64,000 nt of DNA from Hypanus sabinus (lineage: Eukaryota): the NCBI RefSeq assembly GCF_030144855.1, contig NW_026779236.1:1-64000 (forward strand), written 5' to 3'. The notes under the pieces were generated by a model. It worked only from the letters and a program-made list of their open reading frames with translations, was not told the origin of the DNA and searched no databases. The translations under genes and the position numbers were made by a program. Shown here one piece after another: positions 32,376 through 46,200 of this stretch; position 1 is the first letter of the stretch, and every line of letters starts with the position of its first letter.

Positions 32376-32497
32376 ACAGAATCCCTCAAAGTACAGTTTC
32401 GGTGAGAGCCGACCGCCTACGCGATCAGAGATCAGCGGCTGCAGAGAGACAGAAGACAGAGTCTGGATCGGGAACAGGAGTGTGGACTCCCCCAGCA

Positions 32498-35400
32498 ATG
32501 GATCATAGTCTTCAACATACATCGCGCAATGCCACGGGAATTGTGAAGAATGTTTTCTGGACGTATCAATATTTTCTCAATAGGCTGAAGTTGGACTTTC
32601 GAATCGCTATGGCGCTGGGGACATTCCAAGTGGTTTACTACCCTGTACTCGCCATTGTAGCTCTTCCTGGTAAGTGTCTCGTCTCTTCCTCATGATATCT
32701 TTGAAAAGTATAAGTCAGCCTCTCTTCCATACCTGTCACCTAAATACTCGAATATTGCAAGACAGGTCATTCCAAACGGTATCGCTGCAGCAAACATCGA
32801 CTGACTGTGTTTGATAAGGTAACCCATGCAAGTATTGTTGTGAAAGTAAGGAGGCATGTCATCCCAGGGCACATTGCTATGTGGATCCAGACACGTCTTA
32901 CCCACAGAAGGGAAAGTGTTGTTGTAGACGGTCATATTCTGCATTGAGGTCGTTTACCAGTGGTGTGCCTCAGGGATCTGTTCTGGCACCCCTACACTTC
33001 GTGATTTTTACAAATGACCTGGGTGAGGAATTGGATCAATGGGTTAGTAAATGTTCTGTTTACAGAAAGGTTGGATATGTTGATATTCTGGAGGGCTGCC
33101 AGATGTTACCGCTGTACTTTGATGGGATGCAAAACTGCGCTAAGACGAGGCAGATGCAGTTCAAAACAGATCTGTGTGAGGTCGCTCATTTTGGTAGGTC
33201 AAGTATGATGGCAGAATATAGTATTAACAGAATTAATTAAACAAATAAATAAGTAGCTCCAACGCCTCACCAGTTAAAAGCATTAGGCCAAGTGGGCATC
33301 ATCACTGCCATTACACAAAGAGTGCCGAGGGATATTAATATGTTCAGCCAAAGTACCATCGACTGGCAGATGGAGTGCAATGTTTGTAAATGCGAGTTCA
33401 TCAACTTGGGAAGGGCAACTGGCTGAACAGAATATTATTTAAGTAGTAAACGATTGTAGTATGCTGCTGTGCGGAGGGACTTTGGAGTGCTTGTGCTTGA
33501 ATCACAAAAGGTTGGTTTGCAGGCGCAGCAGCCTATCAGGAAGACAAATGTTATGTTCGCCTTTGTTGCCAGAGGGATTGAATTTAAGAGGAGGGAGGTT
33601 ATGCTGCAACTGCAACAGGTACTGGTGAGGCGGCATCCGGAGTACTGTGCAGTTCTGGTCTCCCGACTTGAGGACTGATAAACTGTCTGTGTAGGCGGTT
33701 CGCTGGCTGATTCCAGAGATAAGGTGGTTCGAAAATCAGGGGCAACTGAGTCGACTGCGATCGTACTCGCTGGAACTCAGAAGGATGAGAGGAAATCCTC
33801 TGCAAACATAACATTATGGAGTGGATAGATATGACTGTTGGAGCAAAGTTATTTCAACTGGTTGGTGAGACTAAAACAACGGAAAATAGCATGTGGATTT
33901 AGGACGGTGATGAGGAGGAGCTTCCTCTCTCGGAGGGTGGTGAATCTGTGCAATACACTGCTCAAAGAAGCAATGGAGGAGACCTCAATAAGTATATTTA
34001 AGACAGGTTGGCACTGGTTTTGGCATAGTAGAAGAAATAACGGCTATGGGTTAAAGGTAGTTAGGCGTGGTCAGTGGCTGTTAACTTGATGGAGAAGAAC
34101 CTGAGAGGCAAAATTTATAAAAAATTAGAGAAGGATAATATGATTAGGAGTGGTCAGCATGGAGTTGGCAAGGGCAGGTCGTGCCTTACGAGCCTGATTT
34201 GATTTTTTGAGGATGTGACGAAACATAATGAGGAAGGAAGTGCATGAGATGTAGAGCATATGGATATCAGGAAGTCATTTGATAAGGTCCCCCATGCAAG
34301 GCTTATTGAGCAAGTAAGGAGACATGGATGGGACATTGCTTTGTGGCTCCAACACTGGCTTTCCACTGAAAGCAAAGAGTGGTTGAAAACGGGTCATATT
34401 CCGCAGGGAGGACAGTGCCCAGTTGTATGCCTCAGTGATCTAGTATGTTAATCGTACTCTTCGTGATTTTTGAAAATGTCCTGGATGAGGAAGTGGAGGG
34501 ACGGATTAGTATATTTGCTGGTTACACAAAGGTTGGAGGTGTTGAATTTAGTGTAGAGGGTTGTGAGAGGTTACAGCGAGACATTGATAAGATGCAAAAC
34601 TGTGCAGAGAAGTGGCAGAGGGAATTCAAGCCAGATCAGTCCAACGTGGCTCATTTTAGTAGATCTAATATGATTGCAGAATATAGTATTAATGGTAAGA
34701 CAGTTGGTAGTATGGAGGATCAGAGGGATCTTGGGGTCCGAGTACGTAGAGCGTTCAAAGCAGCTGCGCAGGTTGAATTTGTAGTTAAGAAGGCACATGG
34801 TGTTTTGATCGACATTAATAGTTGAATTCGCTTTAGGAGCTGAGAGTTAATATTGCAGCGATATTGGACCTTGGTCTGACCCTACTTGGAGTACGTTGCT
34901 CAGCTCTCGTCGCGTTGGTACTGGAAGGATGTGAAAGCCATAGAAACTGTGCAGAGCAGAGGAGGTTTAGAAGGATATTCCCTGGACTGGGGATATTTGT
35001 AATGCAGAGAGTTATGAGTGTGCTGAATGTGCTGCCGGCAACGGTGGTGGAGGCGGACTCGAGAGGGTCTTTTAAGGGACTTTTGGATATGTACTTAGAG
35101 GTTAGAATAATAGAGAACTGTGGGTCAGCCTCGTCATTCCTCAGTTGGGGACATGTTCGGCACAACTTTGTGGGCGAAGAGCCTGCATTGTGCTGTAGAT
35201 TTTCCATATTTCGATGTTTCTAGATCCGCCGTGATCACTTTCATTGCCAGATCATGCCGACTCGAACAGATGGAATATTCCTGAAGCTATTGCTAATGTT
35301 CTTACGTTTTCATTTTCATTTTCTCTCGTGTTTACAGCTGAGGGGACCTGAAATTCTATGACCGTGATACATGGCATATTAATCACTTTATTATTCGCTT

Positions 35401-38400
35401 AACACTTCTCGGTCTCAATTCATTCTTCTGACGGCAACGATCAGAATACATTCCAGCCATACACTGATATCCCTGATTAGCCCACAGGGCACGGCGGCTG
35501 AATTCAGATATTCGAGCACCGACCCTTGTCCATCATAGCTGATTTATCATCCCTCTGACCCACATTTTTGCGCCCACACCCCGAATCCATGGGCACCCCG
35601 ACGAATCAAGAGCCTATCACTCTCCGCTGCAAAAGGTTCCAATGTACTGGCCCCCATAGGCTTCTGTGGCGAAAAATTCCACACATTCACCAGTCTAGCA
35701 TTAAAGAAAAAGAAGTATGCCAGGGCTAAGATGAGTGGGAATACAGATGATTGGGAAAGTTTTAAGGAACAGCAGATCTTAACTAAAAAAGCAATACGGA
35801 GAGAAAAAATCAGATATGAGCTCAGTCTAGCCAGGAATAAAAAAGGGGATAGCAAAAGCTTTTTTTAGCTATGTGAAGAGAAAGAAGATAGTTAAGAACA
35901 ATGTTGGCCCCTTGAAGAATGAATTGGGAGAAATTGTTATGGGAAACAGGGAAATTGCAACAGAATTTAATGCGTACTTTAGATCTGTCTTCACCAGGGA
36001 GGACACAAGCAATCTCGCAGATGTATGGATGGGCCAGGGTCATAAGATATCAGAGGAATTGAGACAGATTGACATTAGGAAAGAAACTGTGATGAGTAGA
36101 CTGGTAGGACTGAAGGCTAATAAATCCCCGGGTCCAGATTGTCTGCATCCGAGGATTCTAAAAGAGGTGGCTCAGGAAATTGCGGATGCATTGGTAATCA
36201 TTTTCCAATGTTCCTTAGATTCAGGATCAGTTCCTGAAGATTGGAGAGTTGCTAATGTTATCCCACTTTTCAAGAAGAGAGGGAAGGAGAAAACGGAGAA
36301 CTATCGCCCTGTTAGCCTAACGTCAGTCGTGGGGAAGATGCTTGAGTCCATTATTAAGGACGAAATAGTGGCACATCTTGATGGCAGTAATAGGATTAGG
36401 CCGAGCCAGCATGGATTTACCAAGGGCAAATCATGCTTGACTAATCTGTTGGAGTTTTTTGAGGGTGTAACAAGGATGTTAGACGAGGGTAAGCCAGTGG
36501 ATGTTGTATACCTAGATTTTCAGAAGGCATTCGATAAGGTGCCACATAGGAAATCGGTGAGTAAAATCAGAGCTCATGGCATTGGGGGCAGGGTTTCAAC
36601 ATGGATAGAAAACTGGTTGGCAGATAGAAAGCAAAGGGTAGCAGTGAATGGGTGTTTCTCGGACTGGCTGGAGGTGACTAGTGGGGTACCACAGGGCTCT
36701 GTATTGGGACCACAGCTCTTTACGATTTATGTCAACGATTTAGATGAGGGCATTGAAAACTATATCAGCAAGTTTGCTGACGATACTAAACTGTGTGGCA
36801 GCGTGACATGCGAAGAGGACGTTAGGAGAATACAGGGAGACTTGGATAGGCTGGGTGAGTGGGCAGATACTTGGCAGATGTCATTCAATGTGAATAAATG
36901 TGAAGTTATCCCCTTTGGAAGCAGGAACAAGAGGGCAGAGTATTGTCTGAACGGTGTAGAGTTAGGTAAGGGGGAAATGCAAAGAGACCTAGGAGACCTA
37001 GTTCATCAGTCAATGAAGATGAATGAGCAAGTGCAACAGGCAGTGAAGAAGGCAAATAGAATGTTGGCCTTTATTACAGGGGGAATTGAGTACAAGAGCA
37101 AGGATGTCCTTTTGCATTTGTACAGGGCCCTGGTGAGACCACACCTGGAATATTGTGTACAGTTTTGGTCTCCAGGTTTAAGGAAGGACATTCTGGCAAT
37201 TGAGGAAGTGCAGCGTAGATTAACTAGGTTGATTCCTGGGATGGCAGGGCTGTCTTACGCAGAGAGATTGGAGAGATTGGGCTTGTACACACTGGAATTG
37301 AGGAGATTGAGAGGGGATCCGATTGAAACGTTTAAGATAATTAAAGGATTTGATAGGATTGAGGCAGGAAATATGTTGCAGATGTTGGGAGAGTCCAGTA
37401 CCAGAAGGCATGGTTTGAGAATAAGAGGTCAGTTATTTAAAAAAGAGTTGAGGAAGAACTTCTTCTCCCAGAGAGTTGTGGAGGTGTGGAATGCACTGCT
37501 TCGGAAGACGGTGGAGGCCAAATCTCTGGATGCTTTCAAGAAGGAGCTAGATAGATATCTGATGGATAGGGGAATCAAGGGATATGGGGACAAGGCAGGG
37601 ACTGGGTATTGATAGTGAATGATCAGCCATGATCTCAGAATGGCGGTGCAGACTCGAGGGGCCGAATGGTCTACTTCTGCACCTATTGTCTGCTGTCTAT
37701 TGTCTATTGTCTTTGAGTGAGGAAATTGCTCTCCATCTCTGATCCAAATGGATGTCGTTCTATTCTGAAATCTCGCCTTCAGGTTCAGACTCTCCAACTA
37801 CAGAAGCTACCTCTCCAGGTCCAGGATATCTCGGCCTTTCAATATTCGATAGGTTTCAATGAGATTCCCCTCATTGTCCTGAACTTCAACAGGTACATTA
37901 TGATCACCACCGATTTAGTAATGGCTCCCGATAATCCCCTTAGCAGATGCATTAATTCTATATTCATCTCTGCTCTCTGAAGTGTTGTCGAATAAAATAA
38001 TAGTTCACAGAGAATGTTTCCATCAAAACGTGTGTTAATGGTTTTTATTTCTCTCCGCACAGTGAACGTGGTGACATTAGTCATCCTGTCGCGGGGAAAG
38101 TGCGGTCTCTCCAAAGGCGTCACAAGGTACCTGGTTGCCATGGTAGCGGCGGATCAGCTGGTGGTTCTCTTCGATCTGGTATTGAGCAAGATTCCGATGA
38201 CTCACATTGCAGAAGAGATTTTCCTCTGGACGCATCGTGTTCCCGTGTGTAATATCCACGCCGTCGTGTTATACGCCGCCACGGACTGTTCTGTCTGGTT
38301 CACGGTCACTTTCACCTTTGATCGCTTTGTCTCCATTTGCTTTCAGAAGCTGAAACGAAAATACTGCACCGGGAGAGCGGCGGCTCTGGTTCTGGGGTCA

Positions 38401-38988
38401 GTGACTGTACTGAGCAGCGTAAAGAACATTTTCTGGTACTTTTTGCTCGCTGGGACATATTCGATATTAAGTACGTCCCTGGTCTGTTATGGCAGTGACA
38501 GCTTATTATCCCCAACTCAGCTCGGAACATTTCTGATGATTCATTACGTCTTCACCCCAATATTACCCTTTATCCTGGTCCTCCTGCTCAACAGTTTAAC
38601 CATCAGGCACGTCTTAGTGGCCAGCCGAGCCCGGAGAAGACTCCGTGGCTCTCGCGATAGCGAGCCGCGTGCCGACCCGGAGATGAGACATCGCAGGCAA
38701 TCGCTCCTGTTACTGCAGGTGATGTCGGGGAATTTCATCGTGCTGTGGGCGCTGCTGACGGTGTCTTCCGTATGGGAGAGCATCGGTGTTTACGTTTTCG
38801 TGAATCCCCCTTCTACGCTGCGGGAGCTGGGCTACATGCTGCAGCTGCTGAGCTGCTGCACCAACACGGCCCTTTATGCCGTGATCCAGGCCAGGTTCAG
38901 GGTGCAGCTGAAGGAGACGATGAAATCTCCCTTCCTTCTAATGACAAAGTTCACTCAGCGTTGTCAGCAGAGTATTAATCCTCAGTGA
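32498..38988 (+). CDS. Two-exon class A (rhodopsin-like) GPCR, GPR139/GPR142-like, 365 aa, apparently intact
   Basis: Exon 1 32498-32669 (MDHSLQHTSRNAT...VYYPVLAIVALP, G|gtaagt). Exon 2 38063-38988 follows ...ccgcacag. Seven hydrophobic segments, FTFDRF (DRY equivalent), CCTNTALY (NPxxY equivalent) and a Cys pair in TM3/ECL2. Family assignment is by recall of motifs, not by search. Confidence 0.85.
32770..35220 (+). mobile_element. Cluster of degraded CR1 RT fragments in the GPCR intron
   Basis: SGVPQGSVL, FARGIEFK, SFDKVPHARL and DIDKMQNCAEKWQ motifs across several frames. Confidence 0.75.
35697..37712 (+). mobile_element. Young 5'-truncated CR1 LINE with a 579-aa uninterrupted RT ORF (35873-37612) and a (CTATTGT)n-like tail
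   Basis: YRPVSLTSVVGKMLE, DFQKAFDKVPH, PQGSVLGP and KFADD are present. One frameshift at a T-run near 35860. Absent from the paralogous intron at about 56230. Confidence 0.95.
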
Positions 38989-39719
38989 CACTTTTCCCAT
39001 ACCGCTGCAAAATATCCCATTCCGTCACTGGGGATGTGGACGTCCCTGAAAAGCTCCCGCCCTCCACCCCTCTATGCACCAACAGGAGTTGGGAGCATCC
39101 ACAGTCTGTCTCCACTCGGCTCCTTCCAGTTTACTTTCTTCACTGGTTCCCGGTAATGTTTCCCTCAGTTCCAACAAGTGCGTGATTTTACCCTTATCGG
39201 CAGGCGAAGCCTTGACATCACCATCGCAATCCGACCGTGGTGCCCTGCCGGTATTCCGTGCGGCCCGAATCGCTGCTCAGCTGCTCCCTATGTACCCCCA
39301 TCTCTTCTCTCTGGCGACGGCTATTGCTTCCAAGAGCCCTTGCCATTGAACCGTTCAGGCAGACTGGTTACCGTGAACATACTGCAAGTGTCCCCTTGCA
39401 CCGGAGTTCTTTGTAGATCTGTCTGGCACCTCGAGAATTATCTAATAACTCGCACTCGTAAAACGGCTCATCCAATCGTCCGTCCCTAGCAGCAATTCCC
39501 ATCGAAAAGCCTTTGGGATATTAAATAATTTTTGGACACTTTTTGTAATAGTTGTCCAACGTTTCAAATTGGATTGTGTACATTGAGTATGTGGTGAAGG
39601 TGATTGCTGAGGAAAAGGCACATGATTTCTATTTATTTATTGATTCCCTTGTAGCTTAGCATTTCTCCTTCTCAGGTTGATTATAAGCCGTTCTACTCAT
39701 TTCCCGCCGTTGTCTGTAA

Positions 39720-39840
39720 ACCGTGACCGCCTGGGTGTCCTCGGCGTACTCCTGATTCCTCCCAAATACCAAACACCTATGTGATGATAGATTAATCGAT
39801 CATTGTAAATTTCCCATTAGTAGGGTCGCTCGGCCCGTGA
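39720..39840 (+). mobile_element. SINE-body relic (HE1/Deu-like); paralogue at about 59740-59860
   Basis: GTACTCCTGATTCCTCCCA...TCATTGTAAATT resembles the elasmobranch SINE core. Confidence 0.4.
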
Positions 39841-40299
39841 AACATTGCGCCAGTCAAGTCCCGAACGTTGGGCTTAGACTGGAAGTATGACTTTTGAGAA
39901 GGACCCGTTCCGGTAGACTGATTCATGAGACTGAGTTGCATTGGATAGCAAGGCTTCAAATAGAGTACAGAGGGCAGTGGTGGAGAGCAGCCAGTCTGCA
40001 TGTGACAATTGTTGGGAATGTTCTGGCGTCTGATTTGGATGAAAATGGGAGTGACTCATAAACACTCTTGCAGACGACACAAACGTGATGGAGTTGTCGA
40101 CGTTGAGGGAATTTGGAAATGTAGCCGGAGATATGACAACTGTATTTTACTAACTCGACAGTTCGGTCTCGAAAGATAGAAAAATACGAAAATAGGAAAT
40201 ATTTTTAGGAAGATAGAGAAAATGGAGAGAACAGCACATGGTTTATGCCGAGGTTTTATAAGAATGTTCAGCTTCATCGAAACACCTGTTCGTGGATAG

Positions 40300-43200
40300 G
40301 TAATTCAGTAACACTGCAGTTTGATTCACTCAGTTGCAATTATAAAAACGTAGACCTGTATGCCGCCAGCAGGTGGCAGATTGCGATGCACAGATTTTAT
40401 GTCGTAACCCAGGAATTGCATTTGAATCACAACGCATAAAGAACAGTGTGAACATAAATGTGCGAAGGTGAGTTCTCCCGCGTTTTGTGATATAAATAAC
40501 TGACTCTGTATCTCCTTCCAGCAGCTTAAAATTATGCCCTCTGGTGATAACCATTTCAACCCCGGGACGAAACCTTTGACTATATATACGATCAATGCCT
40601 CTCATCATCTAATACAGCTCTATAAAATCTCAACTCATCCTCCGTCGCTCCAAGGAGAAAATGCATTCACCCCAATCCAGGAAAAACTCTTGCAAATATC
40701 CTCTGACCCCTTTCTATCGTCTTCACATTTTCGTGTAGTGAGTTGAATAGAAAAGAGCACAGTACACCAAGTGAGGACTCACCAGCTTCCAATATAACTG
40801 TAACATTACCTCTCCGCTTTCAAAAGCAACCCCGCGGTTGGTGGAGGCCAAGACACCGGATGCCTTCTTGACCACAGTGTCAAACTGCTCAGCTGCTTTG
40901 AGTGTTCTATGGACTTGGACCCCAAGAACCCTCTGATTCTCCACACTTCAAAGTATATTACCATTAATACTCTATTCCGCCGTCGTATTTGAACAACCAA
41001 AATTAACCACCTCACACTTAACTGCCTTGCCTCTTAAAATTCTGGATTAGCCTCCCTTGAGAGAGGTTTTAAAAGGCCTGATTGAATCAATGTCAACAGC
41101 ATCGACTGCCCTTTCATTAATCCATTTCGTCAGCTTGTTGCAATACCCAATCAAGTTGTAAGACAAGACCAGCCCCGAACAGACCCATGCTAGCTCTCAC
41201 TAATCTGGCTGGGTTTGCCAACTCTCGTAAATCCTGCACATGAGAATCGCTTCCTCCTAATTCTATATCACTGAAATGAGTCTCACGTATCGATAGTTTC
41301 CTGGATTTTAACAGTTTCTCTTTTTAAAAAGAGATAAAACATTACCACCGACCAGTCCTGCGTGACCTCGCCTGTGGTTCGATGGGGCATGAAGAAAACA
41401 ATCAAGGACGCACCAATAGACCTTGTTCCCGCCTTCAATAACCATGGGATGAATTCCATCAGGTTACGCGGAGCTGGCCAACATTTTTGGAGGCCCAACC
41501 CCTGCTCTTCATTGACTTCAAGTAGTTGCAACCGATTTATACACTGTGTAGCGAAGCCCAGATTTTCCCCATATTCGTTTATTGGAAAATACTGAATCAA
41601 AGGGCTCTGTCCATACCCCCGCGCAATCTGCGCCTGCAAGGACATATTCCCCCTTTATTGGTGAGAGGACCTGGCACTTCTTCGTTCTGGTGAATCTACA
41701 GAGTGCCTGGTGATCCATCTTCTTGATGATTGCCAATTATTAATTTTTATTTATCCTCCCAGATTTCCTAATTTCCTGCAGATCTGACTCCAGAGAAACC
41801 TCCTTCTGCTTATTCATTTCCATAGATACAGCCTGTCTTTCTGAGTTCCTCCAGTACTTCGTGTGTTTTGCCTTGGAATTTCAACTTCTGCAATTTCCTC
41901 GTGTTTCTCCTCCTTTAGTTCGTTTTTGGCTTCCTTTTACCTCTCATGTGTCTCGTTCGACACGAACTTGCGGAGCTTTACACACTTCCTTGTTTTTTCC
42001 CTTGAGTCAATTCATCAAAATTCATCAGGTAGCTGTCGAGGCCATTATGTTTGAGGAGATACGGGGAGAAAGCAGGACCTGAGCGATTAGTGGACAATTG
42101 GCTCAGTCATGATGTCATTGCGGAGAAAACTCCATGGGTGAAACTGCCTAATTCTGCTCCGATATCGTATGGACGAATGGATAACTAGAGAGCAGAGAAA
42201 CCTGAGGCAACACAGCAGAATTCGATCATTCGCTACCATCGCGCCTGCCTGCACGTCCTACCAAGGGTCTATTCAATTCTATCCGTCTGCCTCCTCAACT
42301 TCCTTATGAAACTGGACATTGAATGCCCCCAAACACGTGGCCTCCATAGCCGTCCGTGACAGTCAATTGCTTAGATTAACCACACACTGGCAGTTTAAAT
42401 TTCATCTCATCTCCGCTCCACGTCGACCGTTCTATTCTGAGGTTCTGCCCTCTGTTCCCAGACTCCTCCACATCCAATTTGTCTTGGTCCTTTTAACATT
42501 GGATAGATTTCAGTGTGATTTCCCCAACTCCCCTCATTCCTCTAATCTCCAGCGAGTACAAGTTCAGATCGTCATTTGTTAACCCTTTTATTCCCATTAT
42601 CATTACAGTGATCCTCCACCGGGCCCAATACAACGCCATTTGATCTTTTTTTTTGGTAGGCATGTGTGTTGGAGGGAGTTGGGCGGGTGGTTGTACAAAG
42701 TGTTTTGTTCTGTACATTGCCACAGCCGACGACAATCTGCTGGAACGGCCATGAAATGTAGAAAAGCATCTGGCCGGTTCCTCACAGCGGCTTCACAAAT
42801 AGAACTGGGTGAATAGTTGAAACTGATGTGAGCTAGTCCAAAAGTGGGACTGAATCGGCATACTGGAGGGGGAGTGAAAATCTGACTGAATAGGCCCACA
42901 ACAACAACCTCTCGCTCAAAGTCAGCAAAATCGAAGAAGGGCTTATTGACAACAGAAGAGGAAACCCGAGATACCTCAGAGGTGTCAAGGGTCGGTCAAT
43001 ATAAATTCCTGACCGCATCGTTTCCGAAGATACGTTCTGGGACAAGCGCGTAAGTGCCATTACTCAGAAGGCTGGACAGCACCTCCACTTCCTTAGATGT
43101 TTGCGCAGATTCGGGATGGCATGGGAAAGTTTGCCATACCTCTGTCTACGGACCAATGCACAAACTCGGGCCCAGTCCAGAAAAAGGGACATCCACCCCC

Positions 43201-46200
43201 GCCCCCGCCACCCCCCACACCATTGAGCACATCTACAAAGAGCGTTACCTGATCAGTTCATCATCCAACACCTGGGACCCCCATTATCCATGACATATAC
43301 TCTTCGTTCAGCTGCCGTCGGGAGAGAGGAAAGGGGGTCGCAGTTCCCACACAACAACTTCACGAACAGTTGTTAATCTACAACTCAAGAACCAGCCTGG
43401 ATATCCTCACTAAATCTCAAATCTGAAATGATTCCACAAGCTATGGACTCATTCTGAAGGATTCTACAACTCATGTTCTCAGTCTTATTATTTTTTTTAA
43501 TTCGTTCATCAAAATATGTGCCTATCTACCTATCCATTCGGTCATTATTCATTAATTTAATTATGTCTTGTTTAATCTGGTGGCATCTATTGCATATTGG
43601 TTATTTGCATCGTCTCCGTTTTGCCAGGGTACTTCAATGTTTCACTTGCATTTCTCTGTTGTACTCTGGGTGCCAGCAAGAAAAGTAAACTCAAGGTAGT
43701 GTTTTGTGAAATAACATAGTTAATTGTGAATTACTGTGATATTCTGCTGCCGTTTTAACTTATTTTCTGATACTTATCTATTTAATAATGTTTTTCTATT
43801 ACTGTCTTGTTTTTATCTACCGCTTTCGTTAATTGCCTGAAGGAAGCCAGACAGAGTTTCACTGTATCTCTGTATAAAAACAATAAAGTTCATTCATTTA
43901 TTCATTCTCCTTCGACCGTGTTGATAGCCTGGGCATTGATATAACACGAAGACAGAATGCAGTATAATGGGAAAATCACTTCTTCGAAGTAAAGCGTGGG
44001 ATGAGTGACAAAGGGAAATTAAAACAACAGTAAAAAATGAAATGCGAATAAAATATTCAGCGAGTCCATAAAACCATTAGACAGAGGAGCATAAACAAGA
44101 CATAGGGCTGTCGAGTCTTAAACGATATTCTATCATGGCTGATCGCAGAGCTCACGCAACCACATAGATCTACCTTCAAGCTGTCAAGCTGTGTCATTTA
44201 ATGCCCTGATCGATCCGGATGCGATTGATTTCCACCTTGCATATCTATCTACACGGACCTGGACGCCAGAGCAATCTTCTCTGAAGTGTCGCGCCTCATT
44301 TGTGAGGTTGTGTCTTCCAGTGATGGCCACCTCCACCAGACGAAACATTCTCTCCACATCGACCCTGTCAAATCCTTATTATAATCTGTGGGTGTCAATG
44401 AGATCCTCCTGCATTCTACCTATAATCCAGCGAGTACAGGCCCAAAGCTGTCAAACACTCTCCATATGTTAACACCTTCATTCTCAGAATCATTGCCGTG
44501 GACCTCCTCTGAAATCTCACTAATATAACAAATACTTTCTGAAATATGGGGCACAAAACTGTTGGCAATACTCTCAAGTGAGTCCTGACTAGCGTCTTAT
44601 AAACCGTCAGCGTTATCTCCTTACTTTTGTTTTCAATTCACCTTGAAATGAATGCCGACATTGCATTTTCTGCTTCACCATAGATATTACCTGTAAATTA
44701 ACCTTCTGAGGGTCTTGCATGAGGAACCCCGAGACTGCACCTTCTGCACCTCAGATGTTTGAATCTTCTTCCCATTTAGATCATAGTCTGCACTTTTTTC
44801 CTTGTATCAAAATCCATAATTATATATTTTCCAAAACTTCATTCCATTTGCAACTTTTCCCCCCATCCTGCCAATTTGTCTGTTTTGCTGTAAACTCATT
44901 GCTTCCTCAGTTCTACCTACCCTCCCCCACCATTCTTCATATCGTTTGCAAACTTTACTACAAAGCTTTTAATTCCATAATCCAAATTATTTTAGGATTA
45001 GTTAATGATCAAATATAAAATACGTGATTTAAAATGAAAGGGAGTAATGTAATAAAATTTATTTGGAATGAGATATTGTGTTAAAAGATGATGATTTTTT
45101 TGTTTTTTGATGTGATGATTGGCACCATATATGTTGTTTTATAAGTAAGTGGGAGAGGCGTAATTTGATGTAGCTTCAACCTCCATCGTTTTGGTCTGTT
45201 TTAAAGGATATCTAATTTTTTTTTGTAATTTTGTATTATGATATAATCGTTGTAAATGCTGCCTTTTCTTACGTTTGTACTGACCGAAATAAATTACTTT
45301 CATTCATTCATTCAAATCATGGGCAAAAAACGTGAAAAGTAGATGTCCCAATACTGACCCTGAAAAACACCGCAAGTCACCAGCACCCATCCACAAAATG
45401 CCCATTTTTCCCACTCGTTGCTTCCTGCCTGACAGCAATTCTGTTATCCATCGTTCATGTAACGCCATTGGATTTAATACTGTTAAGCAGCCTCATGTGT
45501 GGCACCTTTTCAAATACCTTCTGAAAATCCATGTAAAAGACAGCTTCATTTTTATCCTCCACGTCCGCGCCCCCTCCCGCTTGTCACTTTCTCGAAGAAC
45601 TCATAACAGATTTTTCAGGCTAGATTTTCATTCAGAGAAACCCTATCGACTTTGACTTATTTTATCATAACTCCCCAAGAAACTCGCAATCTGATCCTTA
45701 AAGAAGCCCAAAACGTTACCAGTTAGATTAAGCTAACTTGCCCAACATTTTCAATCTTTTGCCTTCATCCCTTCGTAAAGCGTGGAATCACATTGGCAGA
45801 TTCAGCAGACTCTGGAAAGAAGATGACAAATCTATCCATTATCTCTCCAGCAGCCACTCTCAACTCCTTAGAATATAGTCCATCTGTCCCAGGAGACATC
45901 GCATCTGAAGACCTTTGTCTTTGCTAAGCACTTTTTCATTTGTAATTAAAACAGCACTCACTCTCGGTTCCTGAGACTCTCGGGACTCTGACACCCTGAT
46001 AGTGTTTTCCACAGCAAACACAGATGCAAAAATCCCGTTAAATTCATAGGTCATTAAAGAACATTATTTTTCAATTGTTACATTTCCCGTGCTCCAGGTC
46101 CAGATAAGAAAAATATATGTAGTTATAACGACCAAGTTATCAATAATTAGATTGGGACCATTTTAGGAACAGTGCCCGCAATCACAGAAGTGTTAATGTC

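Noticed and set aside
35873-37612. 579-aa ORF as a host gene or domesticated RT
   Set aside because: It is a 5'-truncated CR1 with an upstream frameshift, typical 3' UTR and tail, and is absent from the paralogous intron.
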